Shown here piece by piece: positions 1 through 10,548 of a stretch of 64,000 nt of DNA. The notes beneath the pieces were generated by a model, which saw nothing but the letters and a program-made list of their open reading frames with translations, searched no databases and was not told the DNA's origin. The DNA is taken from assembly GCA_964447495.1 (NCBI GenBank), contig CAYUTF010000002.1, positions 1-64,000 of the forward strand, read 5' to 3'. The stretch's first letter is position 1; each line of letters starts with the position of its first letter. Both the position numbers and the translations under genes were made by a program. This DNA comes from an uncultured archaeon. GTDB lineage: Archaea; Asgardarchaeota; Lokiarchaeia; Sigyniarchaeales; SOKP01.

Positions 1-306
1 TATAAATCACTCGAAGAATATGGAAAAACATTAGAAGGAAGTAAATATTTTCATGGGTTATATCTTCGTGCGGTTAATCATCCTATAAGGCGTGAGATCT
101 TAGCTCTTGTAAATAACAATCAAAGGATCTCAAAAGATGACATATTTGATATATTATATAAACAGAAACTTGTTGAAAATATATCAATTTTAGATTATAA
201 CCTGGATTTTTTAATAAAAGCTCTTTGTATTGAAAAAATTAAAGAAAATGACGTTGAATATTTTTCAATTACTCAATTAGGGAAAGTAATTGAATATTTT
301 AAGTAA
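1..306 (+). CDS. ArsR-like winged-helix protein, 5' truncated by window edge
   Basis: Open frame from base 1 to TAA at 304-306; translation contains AVNHPIRREIL...YNLDFLIKALCIE...ITQLGK, an ArsR-type wHTH pattern. Not in the ORF track (no start codon in window). Confidence 0.7.
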   Translation, partial: YKSLEEYGKTLEGSKYFHGLYLRAVNHPIRREILALVNNNQRISKDDIFDILYKQKLVENISILDYNLDFLIKALCIEKIKENDVEYFSITQLGKVIEYFK

Positions 307-320
307 TATATTTAGAGATG

Positions 321-1226
321 TCAATAATAAAACATTATTCCCCTTTCTTTAAATAAAGTTAAATTTTCTTTTAGTTCCCTCAAAGGATTTCCCCTTATAT
401 AGACAACCCTGAGAGATTTTGAATCCTTGAGAGAACTAGGAAGAACTGATAAGTTATTATTTGTTAGATATATTCTTTCTAATTTTGCTAGAAGACCAAT
501 ATCTTGCGGTAAATAAGAGATAGCATTATTTTGAAGATCAAGAATACGAAGATTTTGAAGGCTTAAAAATGAATTAGGAATCACTTCTATTTTATTTGAA
601 TACAATAATAAATTTTCAAGATGGATGAGATCAACTATACACCTTGGTATTTCTATAATTTCATTTGCTGAGAGATACAATGAAATTAACGATGATAAAT
701 AGCATATTTCAATAGGAAATATTCTAAACTTATTTTGGGAAAGATTAAGAATTTCTAAACCTACTAAACTAGAGAACGAAGAAGCTAATTCCTCTAAATT
801 ATTCCCACTTAAATTAAGATATTTTAATGAGGTTAAATTTCCAGCTAAATCTTCTATCTCCGAAATATAATTTTGTGATAATGAAAGTCTTTCTAATTTA
901 TTTCCACCAAGGTTATTGGGATACCTCTTTATGCTGCAGCCTGAAAAATTTAACTCTTTTAGATTAGACAATTTTGTGATTTTTGGTATAGAAGTAACAT
1001 TTCTTGAGCATATTCTGATATAATTCAAACACTTTAACTGCTCTAAATTATCAGGAAGTTCATATTCATATTTTAGAAGCTGAATAGCAGTAATATGCCC
1101 ATCCTCAATAGTAAAAGCGTTAGCATGAAATTCAAAGAGACCTCTATTCTCCACACTTACTATAGGCTCGGCTGCATGTCTATCTAAAAAATGCAACACC
1201 TCTAATTCGCTAGATTTTAAACTCAA
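321..1226 (-). CDS. Leucine-rich repeat protein
   Basis: About 9 tandem LxxLxLxxNxLxxLP repeats (e.g. LKYLNLSGNNLEEL, LRILDLQNNAISYLP). Confidence 0.92.
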   Translation of the reverse strand: MSLKSSELEVLHFLDRHAAEPIVSVENRGLFEFHANAFTIEDGHITAIQLLKYEYELPDNLEQLKCLNYIRICSRNVTSIPKITKLSNLKELNFSGCSIKRYPNNLGGNKLERLSLSQNYISEIEDLAGNLTSLKYLNLSGNNLEELASSFSSLVGLEILNLSQNKFRIFPIEICYLSSLISLYLSANEIIEIPRCIVDLIHLENLLLYSNKIEVIPNSFLSLQNLRILDLQNNAISYLPQDIGLLAKLERIYLTNNNLSVLPSSLKDSKSLRVVYIRGNPLRELKENLTLFKERGIMFYY

Positions 1227-1477
1227 TCTATAAACACCCTAGTAAGTAAAAAAAAATCTTATATTTAAAACTTAACAATATTCTTGAAAATAATGTTTAG
1301 GAAAGCACTCTCACCTCTGGAAATTACGAGACCCTAAAGATTCCTATCAGGGAGATCCAATTTTCGTTCAATTGTTCATCTGAATATTCTATTCCTTTTC
1401 TTTTTAATATGGTTAGTAAGACTTAATATATCTTAGGTCAATAAAAAATATAATATCAGAAACTTAATTGATCAAAA

Positions 1478-1753
1478 ATGACTCTAAAAGAGGATTTACA
1501 TAAAAAACTTTTAGATTTGCAAATACAAGAATTAAAATGTACTTATACAGTTAAAGCAGATTTAGAAGCTATAACTCAATTAGGAAAGGTCATAGAATAT
1601 TTAAAAGCTAATGATATTGTGGAACAAGAGGATGTCTTTAACTATAATATGGAATTTTTACTCCAAGCACTATGTGTTAAAAAGGTTACAGAAAATGATG
1701 TTGTTTCCTATGAAATTTTGCCGGGTGGCAAAGTAGTTGAAAATTTCTCTTAA
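1478..1753 (+). CDS. Truncated or chimeric paralog of the wHTH protein at 1..306, possibly a pseudogene
   Basis: Shares ITQLGKVIEY and YN(M/L)(E/D)FL(L/I)xALC with the 1..306 protein but in rearranged order; lacks the HPIRREIL helix. Confidence 0.5.
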   Translation: MTLKEDLHKKLLDLQIQELKCTYTVKADLEAITQLGKVIEYLKANDIVEQEDVFNYNMEFLLQALCVKKVTENDVVSYEILPGGKVVENFS

Positions 1754-1770
1754 TAAGTGATATATTAAAA

Positions 1771-2229
1771 CTATTTTTTTTCTAAATATTTTTTAAAGCA
1801 ATTGCAACAAGGAATCCCATACTTAAATTTTTGTTTTTTATTCTTGAGAGTCATAAGATGGATTAAAGATTGTTTAAGGTTTTCTTTTTCTTTATCAAAA
1901 TAAAATTGTTTTAATAAATAGTAGTGATTCCGAGTGCCGCATACAGGGCAAAATGCAAAATATTTGATAAATTTGAAAAATAATTCCCTTTCAGACTCAT
2001 TTAAACCATCTAAATTATTATCTGGAGTATTAACAATAATTTCTTTGAGATTATTCAATTCCAACAGCATTTCATTTTTTAATAGAGCGGCATAATTCAT
2101 TTGGTGATAGTCTAGTTTGGAAAAACTTTCTGGTTGTTCATTATTATGATAGTCAAAATATTCCAAAGCATGGTTAAAGAAAATCAACTCAGGGCATTCT
2201 TTTCTCTTATCTTCTCTCAATTTAATCAT
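1771..2229 (-). CDS. Hypothetical zinc-binding protein
   Basis: CPVCG and C-terminal PCCNC motifs. Confidence 0.65.
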   Translation of the reverse strand: MIKLREDKRKECPELIFFNHALEYFDYHNNEQPESFSKLDYHQMNYAALLKNEMLLELNNLKEIIVNTPDNNLDGLNESERELFFKFIKYFAFCPVCGTRNHYYLLKQFYFDKEKENLKQSLIHLMTLKNKKQKFKYGIPCCNCFKKYLEKK

Positions 2230-2242
2230 TATTAATATTTAG

Positions 2243-3526
2243 TTATAAGAATTTAAAACTTTTGATCTTGCTCTTAAAGAGATCATTTTTAGTATCATCT
2301 TGTAATCTTCGTATACTAATAATTTTTGAGGGAGCAAAATATTCAAAATCAAATTTAACATCATCTCCCGCATTTTTCCCCGGAATAGGCATCAACCTCG
2401 CTGTTAAAGGTTTTTTTAATCTTAATGAAATGGTACAGATATCTAGTAATATGTAAAATAACTCTTTTAAGGAAATATCTCCAGGCAAAGGAACACAATC
2501 AAGTCCAGTACCACACATTGTTGCATATAATAGGAGCGTGTCAAGGTTAAAATGATCCTCAGATAATCGCTTGGCTATAGTAAAATCTTCTAATACCGAA
2601 GGCATAAACCCACTAAACCCAATCGTTTTTTCTTTTATTGGAATAGCATTTTTTATTAATGCCACAGCTATTAGTGCTCCGGGAGCTCCGAAATATTCAA
2701 AATTTAAATTTTCAATAGCTGTTCCAATACTTCTTTCAATTGTGGGATATGGTGCAGGTGACATATCTATTCCATGGAAGGGAATATCATATTTCTGACT
2801 CACATTTTCACAAATCGGAACTAATGTATCATATATCTCTTCAAATTTTGCTTTTAATTTGACTTGTGTTTCTTCAATAGAATGTGATTCATCAATAATC
2901 GCAACAACTTCATCAGCCATTTCTAATGCGAGTGAAAAAGAAGGTTTCTCCGAAAGATGGTAAGCCGCTGGAAAAAAGGGGGTGTCGGGTTGAACGTTTG
3001 AGCTTACACAAAACCTTAAGTTATTAAATGGATCGGGTTCTGAAAGCTTTTTAATTATTTTTGCACCTGATTTTAACGCAGATAAATTTATTCCATTATC
3101 ATTTGAAGCTACATGAAGAGAGGTGAAAAATTTCTCTTTTCGTTTAATAAATTGAGGTACTTCATTTAAAAAAAGACTTTCATAGATCCCATACTTTGTT
3201 ATTTGAAAATCGGCTAAAACGGCACAGGAAGAAAAATAATCAATTTCATATTTCGTGATCAAATTTTCAACTATACTTAATTGATCATGGATGGTGATCA
3301 AACTTTTATTTAGATTTTGATCAAATACCTGTTGATCATAGGATAATATAGGTTGAGAGCACAATCTTTTAGTTTGCACATCAATACCTATTTGACGAAA
3401 ACGATTAACTAGATCCGCATTAAAATTATAGAATTTTTTAAGAGATTGTTCCAATGAACTCTCAATTATTACATTTTCCGATAAATAAGGAATTTTTTGA
3501 CCGATTGTTATTGCCCGAATTTTCAT
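2243..3526 (-). CDS. DUF711 family protein (PFL-like fold)
   Basis: MKIRAITIG start, PFFPAAYH, GIDMSPAP, GFSGFM..VLED, CGTGLDCVPLPGD, KPLTARLMP motifs. Confidence 0.85.
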   Translation of the reverse strand: MKIRAITIGQKIPYLSENVIIESSLEQSLKKFYNFNADLVNRFRQIGIDVQTKRLCSQPILSYDQQVFDQNLNKSLITIHDQLSIVENLITKYEIDYFSSCAVLADFQITKYGIYESLFLNEVPQFIKRKEKFFTSLHVASNDNGINLSALKSGAKIIKKLSEPDPFNNLRFCVSSNVQPDTPFFPAAYHLSEKPSFSLALEMADEVVAIIDESHSIEETQVKLKAKFEEIYDTLVPICENVSQKYDIPFHGIDMSPAPYPTIERSIGTAIENLNFEYFGAPGALIAVALIKNAIPIKEKTIGFSGFMPSVLEDFTIAKRLSEDHFNLDTLLLYATMCGTGLDCVPLPGDISLKELFYILLDICTISLRLKKPLTARLMPIPGKNAGDDVKFDFEYFAPSKIISIRRLQDDTKNDLFKSKIKSFKFL

Positions 3527-3636
3527 AATTTTACTTAGAGTCTGTAATTCAAATTTTCTAATAATTTCGAAACAAATATAACTTATTAATAAGATTTATA
3601 GAATAAATAATTGAATATTTAAGAAATTTATTTGTG

Positions 3637-6036
3637 TTATATTTCGTCTAATTTCGCTTTTTCTTCTTCCTTTTTATCCTTAATTATAGGTTTTATGTAT
3701 TCATTTGGTTTAATAGGACCTAATTTCTCTAATTCCTTCTTGAAATCAGTTATAACTTTCGCATATTTTTCTCCCTCTCCAGCAGAAATACTCACAATTT
3801 TTACACGGTGTTCATTTATTCCCGATTCTGCTAACATTTCCTTAATGCTGGCATATCTGGTTTTAGCTTTAATAAAACCTGTATCATAATGACAATCTTG
3901 TTCATGACATCCTGCTATCAGCACCCCATCTGCTCCCTGAAAAAAACTCTCAAAAATTAAAGCAGGATCTAACATTGCTGTACACATTACATGAATTACC
4001 CTTATATTTGAAGGATAAGTGAGTTTACTAGTCCCTGCAAGATCAGCACCAAGATATGAACACCAATTACATAAGAATGCTATAATAATGGGGTATTCTT
4101 GTTTATGCTCACCTAAAACTTTTCTTATCTGTTTATATAATTGATCTTTTCTAAATCCTGGTATAAAGAGCGCATCACTAGGACACATAGCTGCACAAGC
4201 TCCACAACCAGAACAATTAGCTTGAGTAAGGGTTAGTTTTTTTCCTTCAATTTTAATCGCATTGAAACGACATATCTCTTCACACAATCTACATAAATCA
4301 CATTTATCCGCATCATAATATACAATATGTGGGTCTAATTCAACTTGTCCTCTGGAGAGTAAGGCGATTGACTTGGCTGCGGCGCTCTCTGCTTGAGCAA
4401 TACTGCTAGGAATGTCTTTTGGTCCTTGAATAGCACCTGCAATAAAAATTCCATTGACTGATGTTTCGGAGGGTTTAATTTTTAGATGTTTTTCCAATAA
4501 AAAACCATAAGGATCTTGAGATATATTAAGAATTTGACTTAATTTATCGGTATCAGGAGCTGCTTCTATTCCAACTGCGAGAACGACTAAGTCTGCTTCA
4601 CTTTCAAATAATTTATCTTCAATTATATCTTCTCCTCTTATCAATAGTTTACCTTCTTTTGATATATCGCTTTTAAGAACCGCAGAGATATTACTTTTAA
4701 TAAATCGGATACCAAAAACTTCTCGAGCTCTGTTATAAAATTCTTCGCAATTTTTCCCCATTGCTCTAATATCTGTGTAATAAATATTGATTTTTGTATC
4801 AGGATATTCCTTTTTAATAAGAACTGCTTGTTTAATGGCAGTATTACAACAAACTTGAGAACAATATTCACGATGAATTGTCTTATTTCTAGAACCAACA
4901 CATAAAATAAATGAAATTTTCTTTGGTATGGTTCCATTCGAAGGTTTAACCACTCTTCCATGAGTGGGTCCATCATTATTGAGTAATCTCTCAAGTTGCA
5001 TAGTTGTAATAACATCAGCATACTTTTCATAATTTAGTTCTCCCAGAACACCTGGATTAAATGTTTTTAACCCCGTAGCGACAATTATTGACCCTACTTT
5101 TATTGTCAAATTTTGGGGCTTTTGATCAAAATCAATCGCCTCCCGATCGCAAGCTTGAGAACAGGCTTTGCATCCAATACACTCTTCTTTTATAATATTA
5201 GGAAGTAAAGGTATTGCTTGAGGATAAACTATATCTATTGCTTTTCTCGGAAAAAAAGTATCTTTTATATCAATAGGACATACTTCTCTACAGATGTCAA
5301 CACATCCAACACAATTTTCTTCTACAATAAATCGTGGGTTCTTCGTTATTGAAACCTCAAAATTACCTACATACCCCTCTACTTTTTCTACTTCTGAAAA
5401 GGTGAATAATTCGATATTTGGATGATCTTTTACTTCACTCATAAGTGGTCCTAAAATACATATACTGCAATCCAAAGTTGGGAATGTTTTGTCAAATAGA
5501 GCCATTTTTCCCCCAATAGTTAAGTCTTTTTCTACTAAATAAACTTTATACCCCGCATCAGCAATAGCTAAAGCAGCTTTAATGCCTGCGATTCCACCTC
5601 CAATGATTAAAGTAGAGGGTGTAACTGGTGCGCGTTGTACTTCCAGTGGCTCCAATAATTTTACATGCTCAATAGCCATATTTATCTGATCTATTGCTTT
5701 TTTAGTAGCTTTTTCTGGATTATCACTATGAACCCATGAATTTTGTTCTCTTATATTTGCAAAAGAAATAAGAAACCGATTAATCCCTGCTTTTTCAATT
5801 GTTTTGCGGAATAATAATCCATGCAATTTAAATGAACACGCAGCTATAACTATTCTATCAATATTATTTTCTTTAATCTCTTCTGAAATTTTATTTAGCC
5901 CTACTTCTGAACATAAGTATTGATCTCTAATTACATGGACTTCAGGAATTTTATTATAATATTCAATAAGTCTTTGATTATCTATGACACCGCTAATATT
6001 TTTACCACAATCACAAATGAATAATCCAATTTTCAA
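3637..6036 (-). CDS. hdrA: Heterodisulfide reductase subunit A fused to an MvhD hydrogenase Fe-S domain
   Basis: GLFICDCG, ANIREQNSW, IIGGGIAG FAD motif, KTFPTLDCSICIL, ferredoxin CxxCxxC motifs, YCSQVCC, GPKDIP; C-terminal AFLCNWCSYLGAD and GADGVLIAGC (MvhD). Confidence 0.93.
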   Translation of the reverse strand: MKIGLFICDCGKNISGVIDNQRLIEYYNKIPEVHVIRDQYLCSEVGLNKISEEIKENNIDRIVIAACSFKLHGLLFRKTIEKAGINRFLISFANIREQNSWVHSDNPEKATKKAIDQINMAIEHVKLLEPLEVQRAPVTPSTLIIGGGIAGIKAALAIADAGYKVYLVEKDLTIGGKMALFDKTFPTLDCSICILGPLMSEVKDHPNIELFTFSEVEKVEGYVGNFEVSITKNPRFIVEENCVGCVDICREVCPIDIKDTFFPRKAIDIVYPQAIPLLPNIIKEECIGCKACSQACDREAIDFDQKPQNLTIKVGSIIVATGLKTFNPGVLGELNYEKYADVITTMQLERLLNNDGPTHGRVVKPSNGTIPKKISFILCVGSRNKTIHREYCSQVCCNTAIKQAVLIKKEYPDTKINIYYTDIRAMGKNCEEFYNRAREVFGIRFIKSNISAVLKSDISKEGKLLIRGEDIIEDKLFESEADLVVLAVGIEAAPDTDKLSQILNISQDPYGFLLEKHLKIKPSETSVNGIFIAGAIQGPKDIPSSIAQAESAAAKSIALLSRGQVELDPHIVYYDADKCDLCRLCEEICRFNAIKIEGKKLTLTQANCSGCGACAAMCPSDALFIPGFRKDQLYKQIRKVLGEHKQEYPIIIAFLCNWCSYLGADLAGTSKLTYPSNIRVIHVMCTAMLDPALIFESFFQGADGVLIAGCHEQDCHYDTGFIKAKTRYASIKEMLAESGINEHRVKIVSISAGEGEKYAKVITDFKKELEKLGPIKPNEYIKPIIKDKKEEEKAKLDEI

Positions 6037-6167
6037 TTAATAACCACTTATTTGAATGATTTTTTCGCTATTTTATGAGTATTATAAAATAAGGTGTTTA
6101 TTAATTATTCCTAATGATGCATAAAAGATAATCTCACTTCTTGAGATAGATAGTTAGAAATAAGATT

Positions 6168-6761
6168 TTACTTATCTATCATATCTTCTGTTAAAAAAGG
6201 AAACACCTTCAAAATATCAAAATTTTTTCTCCTCATTTCAAGGAAATATTCCTTTTCCATCGCAAACTCTTTGTTACTCCAATCTAATATCTCTCTCTTG
6301 CTATAATGACGTCCTTGCAACAAACTTAATCCATTACACTTCTTACTATAATCTATATAATTTTTTCTGCTGGAAACCATCATTTTCCAAAAGGGAAAAC
6401 ATCTGCACTGAAAAGGCCGTGCTTCGTGAATAGAGCATTTATTATCCACCAAAAAAAGGCAATGCTCATCATCTCCCGTAAAGGCAAATGCTAAGGTGTG
6501 GAATCGAAAAGTTTTGCCTCTCTCTGCTCCAGGTTCCTTCCAAAAAAACGTATTTTCTATCACTTTAAGATATTTTTTTGCAAATTTTCTTAAACCATCT
6601 TGTCCCACTAATTTTAAAAACTGAGATAATCGAATGATATCTTCTTTATAAAGGTAGACTTCACCCTGGTCAAAACCTCGGCAGCAATCGCCGCACATCT
6701 GGCATGAAAAGTTAACACCATGCTCAAACATTTTTGCGAGTTTAATATTCGATGTTGTCAA
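6168..6761 (-). CDS. YkgJ family CxxCxxCC Fe-S/Zn cluster protein
   Basis: FSCQMCGDCCRG, CLFL...CSIHEARPFQCRCFPFW. Confidence 0.88.
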   Translation of the reverse strand: MTTSNIKLAKMFEHGVNFSCQMCGDCCRGFDQGEVYLYKEDIIRLSQFLKLVGQDGLRKFAKKYLKVIENTFFWKEPGAERGKTFRFHTLAFAFTGDDEHCLFLVDNKCSIHEARPFQCRCFPFWKMMVSSRKNYIDYSKKCNGLSLLQGRHYSKREILDWSNKEFAMEKEYFLEMRRKNFDILKVFPFLTEDMIDK

Positions 6762-6918
6762 GATGTTTTAATTTATGCAATAGATAATCCTTAAATAATT
6801 AATATAGATATGATTAATTTATTTTTAAATATTAATTCATTGATTATCTTAGCAAATTATTTCAAGTATAACATTTTAAAGAAATAGGCTTAAATAAAAT
6901 ATAGGAAAGAAAAATTAA

Positions 6919-9900
6919 TTGTCAAAAATAGGGATGTTAATGGCTACAAATTTTAACGAATTTATTAGGGAATATACGGGAAGAATAGATAACATTTTTG
7001 CTCAAAATAATTACTACACTTTTTTGGTGGGAGCAGGAGTATCAATGCCATCTCCTACCAATTTACCCTCCGCAAGAGTATTAGGAGATGTTCTATTAAA
7101 ATTTTGTGTTCCTCATGAAGAATATGAGAAACTTCATTCACTCGAAAATTTGAGATATGAAAGGATTGCGGAGGCAGTCTCTAACTTTATTGATGATGAA
7201 TTTAATTTTTTGGATTATCTTAAAGTGGTTAAAGAACCCAATAATATCCATATATTTCTTTCTAAAGCAATAAAAGAAGGAAATATTGTTGCTACAACTA
7301 ATTTTGATTATTTGATTGAATATTCGCTGATGAGGATGATTCCAGAGAACGATTACAACAAAATTATACCAGTTATCACAAAAGAAGATTTTTCAAATTA
7401 TAACGATCCACTTGATCTTGTCAAGCAAAATAGATATCCTTTGTACAAACTACATGGTTCAAAACTAAATATTATAACCAATGATAATACGAAAGGTTCG
7501 CTTGTTACCACTATGGCTGCACTTGGAAAGGATAGGGATACAGGTGAGACTTTTGCAATTGAGGGATATAAAAAGGAAGCAGTTAATAACTTAATGGAGG
7601 GAAGGAGTATTGTTGTATTAGGATATTCGGGGAGCGATTTTTTCGATATTTCCCCTACATTAGAAGATTTAACTTCATTAAAAAGATTAATATGGATAGA
7701 TCATAGAGAAGATGAAATGGAATATGAACAAACTGAGTCAATTAAAAGAAAAATATTTCAAGTTAAGGTTGGATTCGATGAATTAAAAAATATTGAGGAT
7801 CTTAGTAAAGTCCCCCAAATAGAACGTCTCTTACTAAAAATAAGTTCCGACACGGATTTTGATGTTATTTTGATCAAAGCGCATACAATGAAATTTATTG
7901 AAAAAGTTCTATGGGAAAGAATACTCTCTAGTGAAAATGGGGAGATTAAAAGTTATAACAATCGGAATGCAGAAATATCTCAAGATTTTGAAGCGTTCTT
8001 GGGTAATTTACCGCTTTATAGGAATATTTCCGAACTTAAAAAATATCAAGTCGCTAGTAATTTGTATTTCGAACTTGGGCAATATGACGACACGCTTCGC
8101 ATTAGTGATATTGGTTTGAAAATTGCAGAGGATGAGAATTTGGAAATGGAAAAAACACCTTTTTATTATAATATTGCCTTGGTTCATACTAAACGAGGAG
8201 ATCATCAAAAGGCGAAGGATCCTATAAAGAAAACCATCGAGTTAACAAACCAGTATAAAGATCAGAAAGTTAAGGGGACATATGCTTCGATTTTACCTTA
8301 TATTACAGACATTGCGATATTGGCTGGAAGGATGATTATGGATAAGGATGAGGATAAAGCACTTGAAATATTTGAAAATCAGTTGCAGACACTTGGAATA
8401 AAAGACAGGTTAGATAGTAAGGTTGAAATCTTGAATCTTATCGGAGAAATTTATTTTAAAAAAGAACAATACGAAAAATCACTTGCGCATTATGAGGAAG
8501 CACTTAAGATATCAGAAAATCTTGGATATCATAAGGGACAAGCAGAGGCATTAAATAACATGGGAAATATTTATGAAAAGAAAAATGATCTTGAAGAAGC
8601 ACTAAATTATTTTGAGCAAGCGCTGGAGTTAGCTAATAAATACGAATACCTTCGCACTAAATATTACACATTAATGTTTATTTTAACCATTTTGGATAGA
8701 AAAAACGAATATTCCAAGGCGCTTGAATATTGTAAACAAATGATTCCTGTTGCTGAGGAAATGGAGAAACAGGAGATGGTAGGAACCGAAGGTTTAGTAG
8801 GTTCTAGTTATCAAGTCGTAGGAACTGTCTATAAAAATATGGGTCATTATGATGAAGCGATTGAGTGCTATACGAAAGCAATATCGCTTAATGATAAATT
8901 AAATCTAACGAGGGAAAATCCAAAAATTTATAGTTCAATCGGGGAATGCTATTTTTCCAAGAAATTATATGAAAAAGCCATCGAAAATTATGAAAAATCA
9001 CTCAAAATAAATGAAGAATTTAATATTCTTGATGGAATCGCCTCAAATCTAGCAAATATAGCACAGATATATATTACACAAGCGAACCATCAAAAGTCCA
9101 TAGCTGTCTTAGAGAGATTGGTTAATATTAGAAGCCAATTAAACGATTTAAATGGTAAAGCTGAGGCTCTAAGTATTCTTGGCCTTGCCTATGGCATTTG
9201 CTTTGAGGATAATAAAGCCCTTCAAAAGCATAAAGAGGCATTTGAAATAAATGAAAAATTGGGTAATCTTTCAGCATTAAGCAAGAATTTATCTAATATA
9301 GGGAATATATATTTTAAAAAAGGAGATTATAATGAAGCAGTGCAGTATTATGAAGAAGCAATTAAAATATATGAAAAATTGAATGCTTTTGAGGGAATCT
9401 CTGATAATCTCAATATGATTGGAGATATATACAATAAGAATGGAGAACATGATAAAGCGATAGAATATTATGAAAAAGCTATTAAAATTGGTGATACATA
9501 TAATGTTGCAGGTATAAAAGCAGATGGTCTCTTTAATATTGGATTGATATATGAGGAAGATGGAAAACACGATAAAGCATTTGAATATTTAATGGCTGCG
9601 TTTGAACTTTATGAAAAAACGAATAATTTCTTCAGTATGTCATCGACTCAAAATAATATTGGTAATATATTTCACACACAAGGGTTGTATGAAAAGGCTT
9701 TAGAGCACTATAAAAAATGCATAGAAATTGAAGACAAAGTGGGAGTAACTGTCAATACGGCGGCAGTGTATTTAAATATAGGAATTGGATACAAAATGAG
9801 AGGTAAATATGATTTAGCAATTGAAAATTACAATAAAGGATTTGAAATAGCCAATCAAAAAAATTGGGATATGGGAAAAGCCTATTATTATTATTTTAGC

Positions 9901-10515
9901 GCAATGATTGATATGATAAAAGGAAATTATACGCGAGCTTCAGAATTTTACGATAAAGCCTTGCAATTAGCAAATACCATTAATTCTATGGATTTGAAAG
10001 GGGACGTTCTTATTAATATTGGAGAGCTTTTCTTAGCCAAAGAAAATTACGACCAAGCGCTTAAATACTGTAATGATGGACTTGAAATTGTCCAAAATTT
10101 AAACTATATTGAGGGTATAGGATATGCGCTTTTTATTAAAGGGCGTATTTATTTAAAGAAGAAGGAACATGAAAAAGCACTAGAGAACTTTAAACAGGGT
10201 TTACAAATCGGAGAACAGCTCAATAAGCCTAATATTAAAACAATATGCCTTAATGGAATAGCCGAAATTAATATCGAAAATGGGAATCTACACAGTGCGT
10301 ATGAGAATAGTAATGAGGCTTTAAAAATAAGTGAAAAAATAGGTTTACTAAAAGTTAAAGCAGAATCTCTAAAGGTTATTGGAAATTATTATATGGCAAA
10401 ATCAAAAACCAGTGAAGCGTCTGAGAAATACAAAGAAGCCCTAAATATAGCGAAAAATTTAGGCGACAAGAAATTAATTGAGGTTTTACAGAAAGATATT
10501 AAAAAATTACATTAA
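6919..10515 (+). CDS. SIR2-like domain protein with long TPR array
   Basis: N-terminal FLVGAGVS, TTNFD, YKLHGS, VLGYSGSD (SIR2_2-type), then about 20 repeats of about 40 aa (LNNMGNIY..A..YFEQAL). Confidence 0.9.
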   Translation: MSKIGMLMATNFNEFIREYTGRIDNIFAQNNYYTFLVGAGVSMPSPTNLPSARVLGDVLLKFCVPHEEYEKLHSLENLRYERIAEAVSNFIDDEFNFLDYLKVVKEPNNIHIFLSKAIKEGNIVATTNFDYLIEYSLMRMIPENDYNKIIPVITKEDFSNYNDPLDLVKQNRYPLYKLHGSKLNIITNDNTKGSLVTTMAALGKDRDTGETFAIEGYKKEAVNNLMEGRSIVVLGYSGSDFFDISPTLEDLTSLKRLIWIDHREDEMEYEQTESIKRKIFQVKVGFDELKNIEDLSKVPQIERLLLKISSDTDFDVILIKAHTMKFIEKVLWERILSSENGEIKSYNNRNAEISQDFEAFLGNLPLYRNISELKKYQVASNLYFELGQYDDTLRISDIGLKIAEDENLEMEKTPFYYNIALVHTKRGDHQKAKDPIKKTIELTNQYKDQKVKGTYASILPYITDIAILAGRMIMDKDEDKALEIFENQLQTLGIKDRLDSKVEILNLIGEIYFKKEQYEKSLAHYEEALKISENLGYHKGQAEALNNMGNIYEKKNDLEEALNYFEQALELANKYEYLRTKYYTLMFILTILDRKNEYSKALEYCKQMIPVAEEMEKQEMVGTEGLVGSSYQVVGTVYKNMGHYDEAIECYTKAISLNDKLNLTRENPKIYSSIGECYFSKKLYEKAIENYEKSLKINEEFNILDGIASNLANIAQIYITQANHQKSIAVLERLVNIRSQLNDLNGKAEALSILGLAYGICFEDNKALQKHKEAFEINEKLGNLSALSKNLSNIGNIYFKKGDYNEAVQYYEEAIKIYEKLNAFEGISDNLNMIGDIYNKNGEHDKAIEYYEKAIKIGDTYNVAGIKADGLFNIGLIYEEDGKHDKAFEYLMAAFELYEKTNNFFSMSSTQNNIGNIFHTQGLYEKALEHYKKCIEIEDKVGVTVNTAAVYLNIGIGYKMRGKYDLAIENYNKGFEIANQKNWDMGKAYYYYFSAMIDMIKGNYTRASEFYDKALQLANTINSMDLKGDVLINIGELFLAKENYDQALKYCNDGLEIVQNLNYIEGIGYALFIKGRIYLKKKEHEKALENFKQGLQIGEQLNKPNIKTICLNGIAEINIENGNLHSAYENSNEALKISEKIGLLKVKAESLKVIGNYYMAKSKTSEASEKYKEALNIAKNLGDKKLIEVLQKDIKKLH

Positions 10516-10548
10516 ATTTTTATCAAATTATTTGAAGGTTATAGTTTT

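Noticed and set aside
1290-1400. Slightly GC-richer patch upstream of the LRR gene (possible ncRNA or SECIS)
   Set aside because: No convincing stem or kink-turn, and no adjacent TGA-containing selenoprotein gene.
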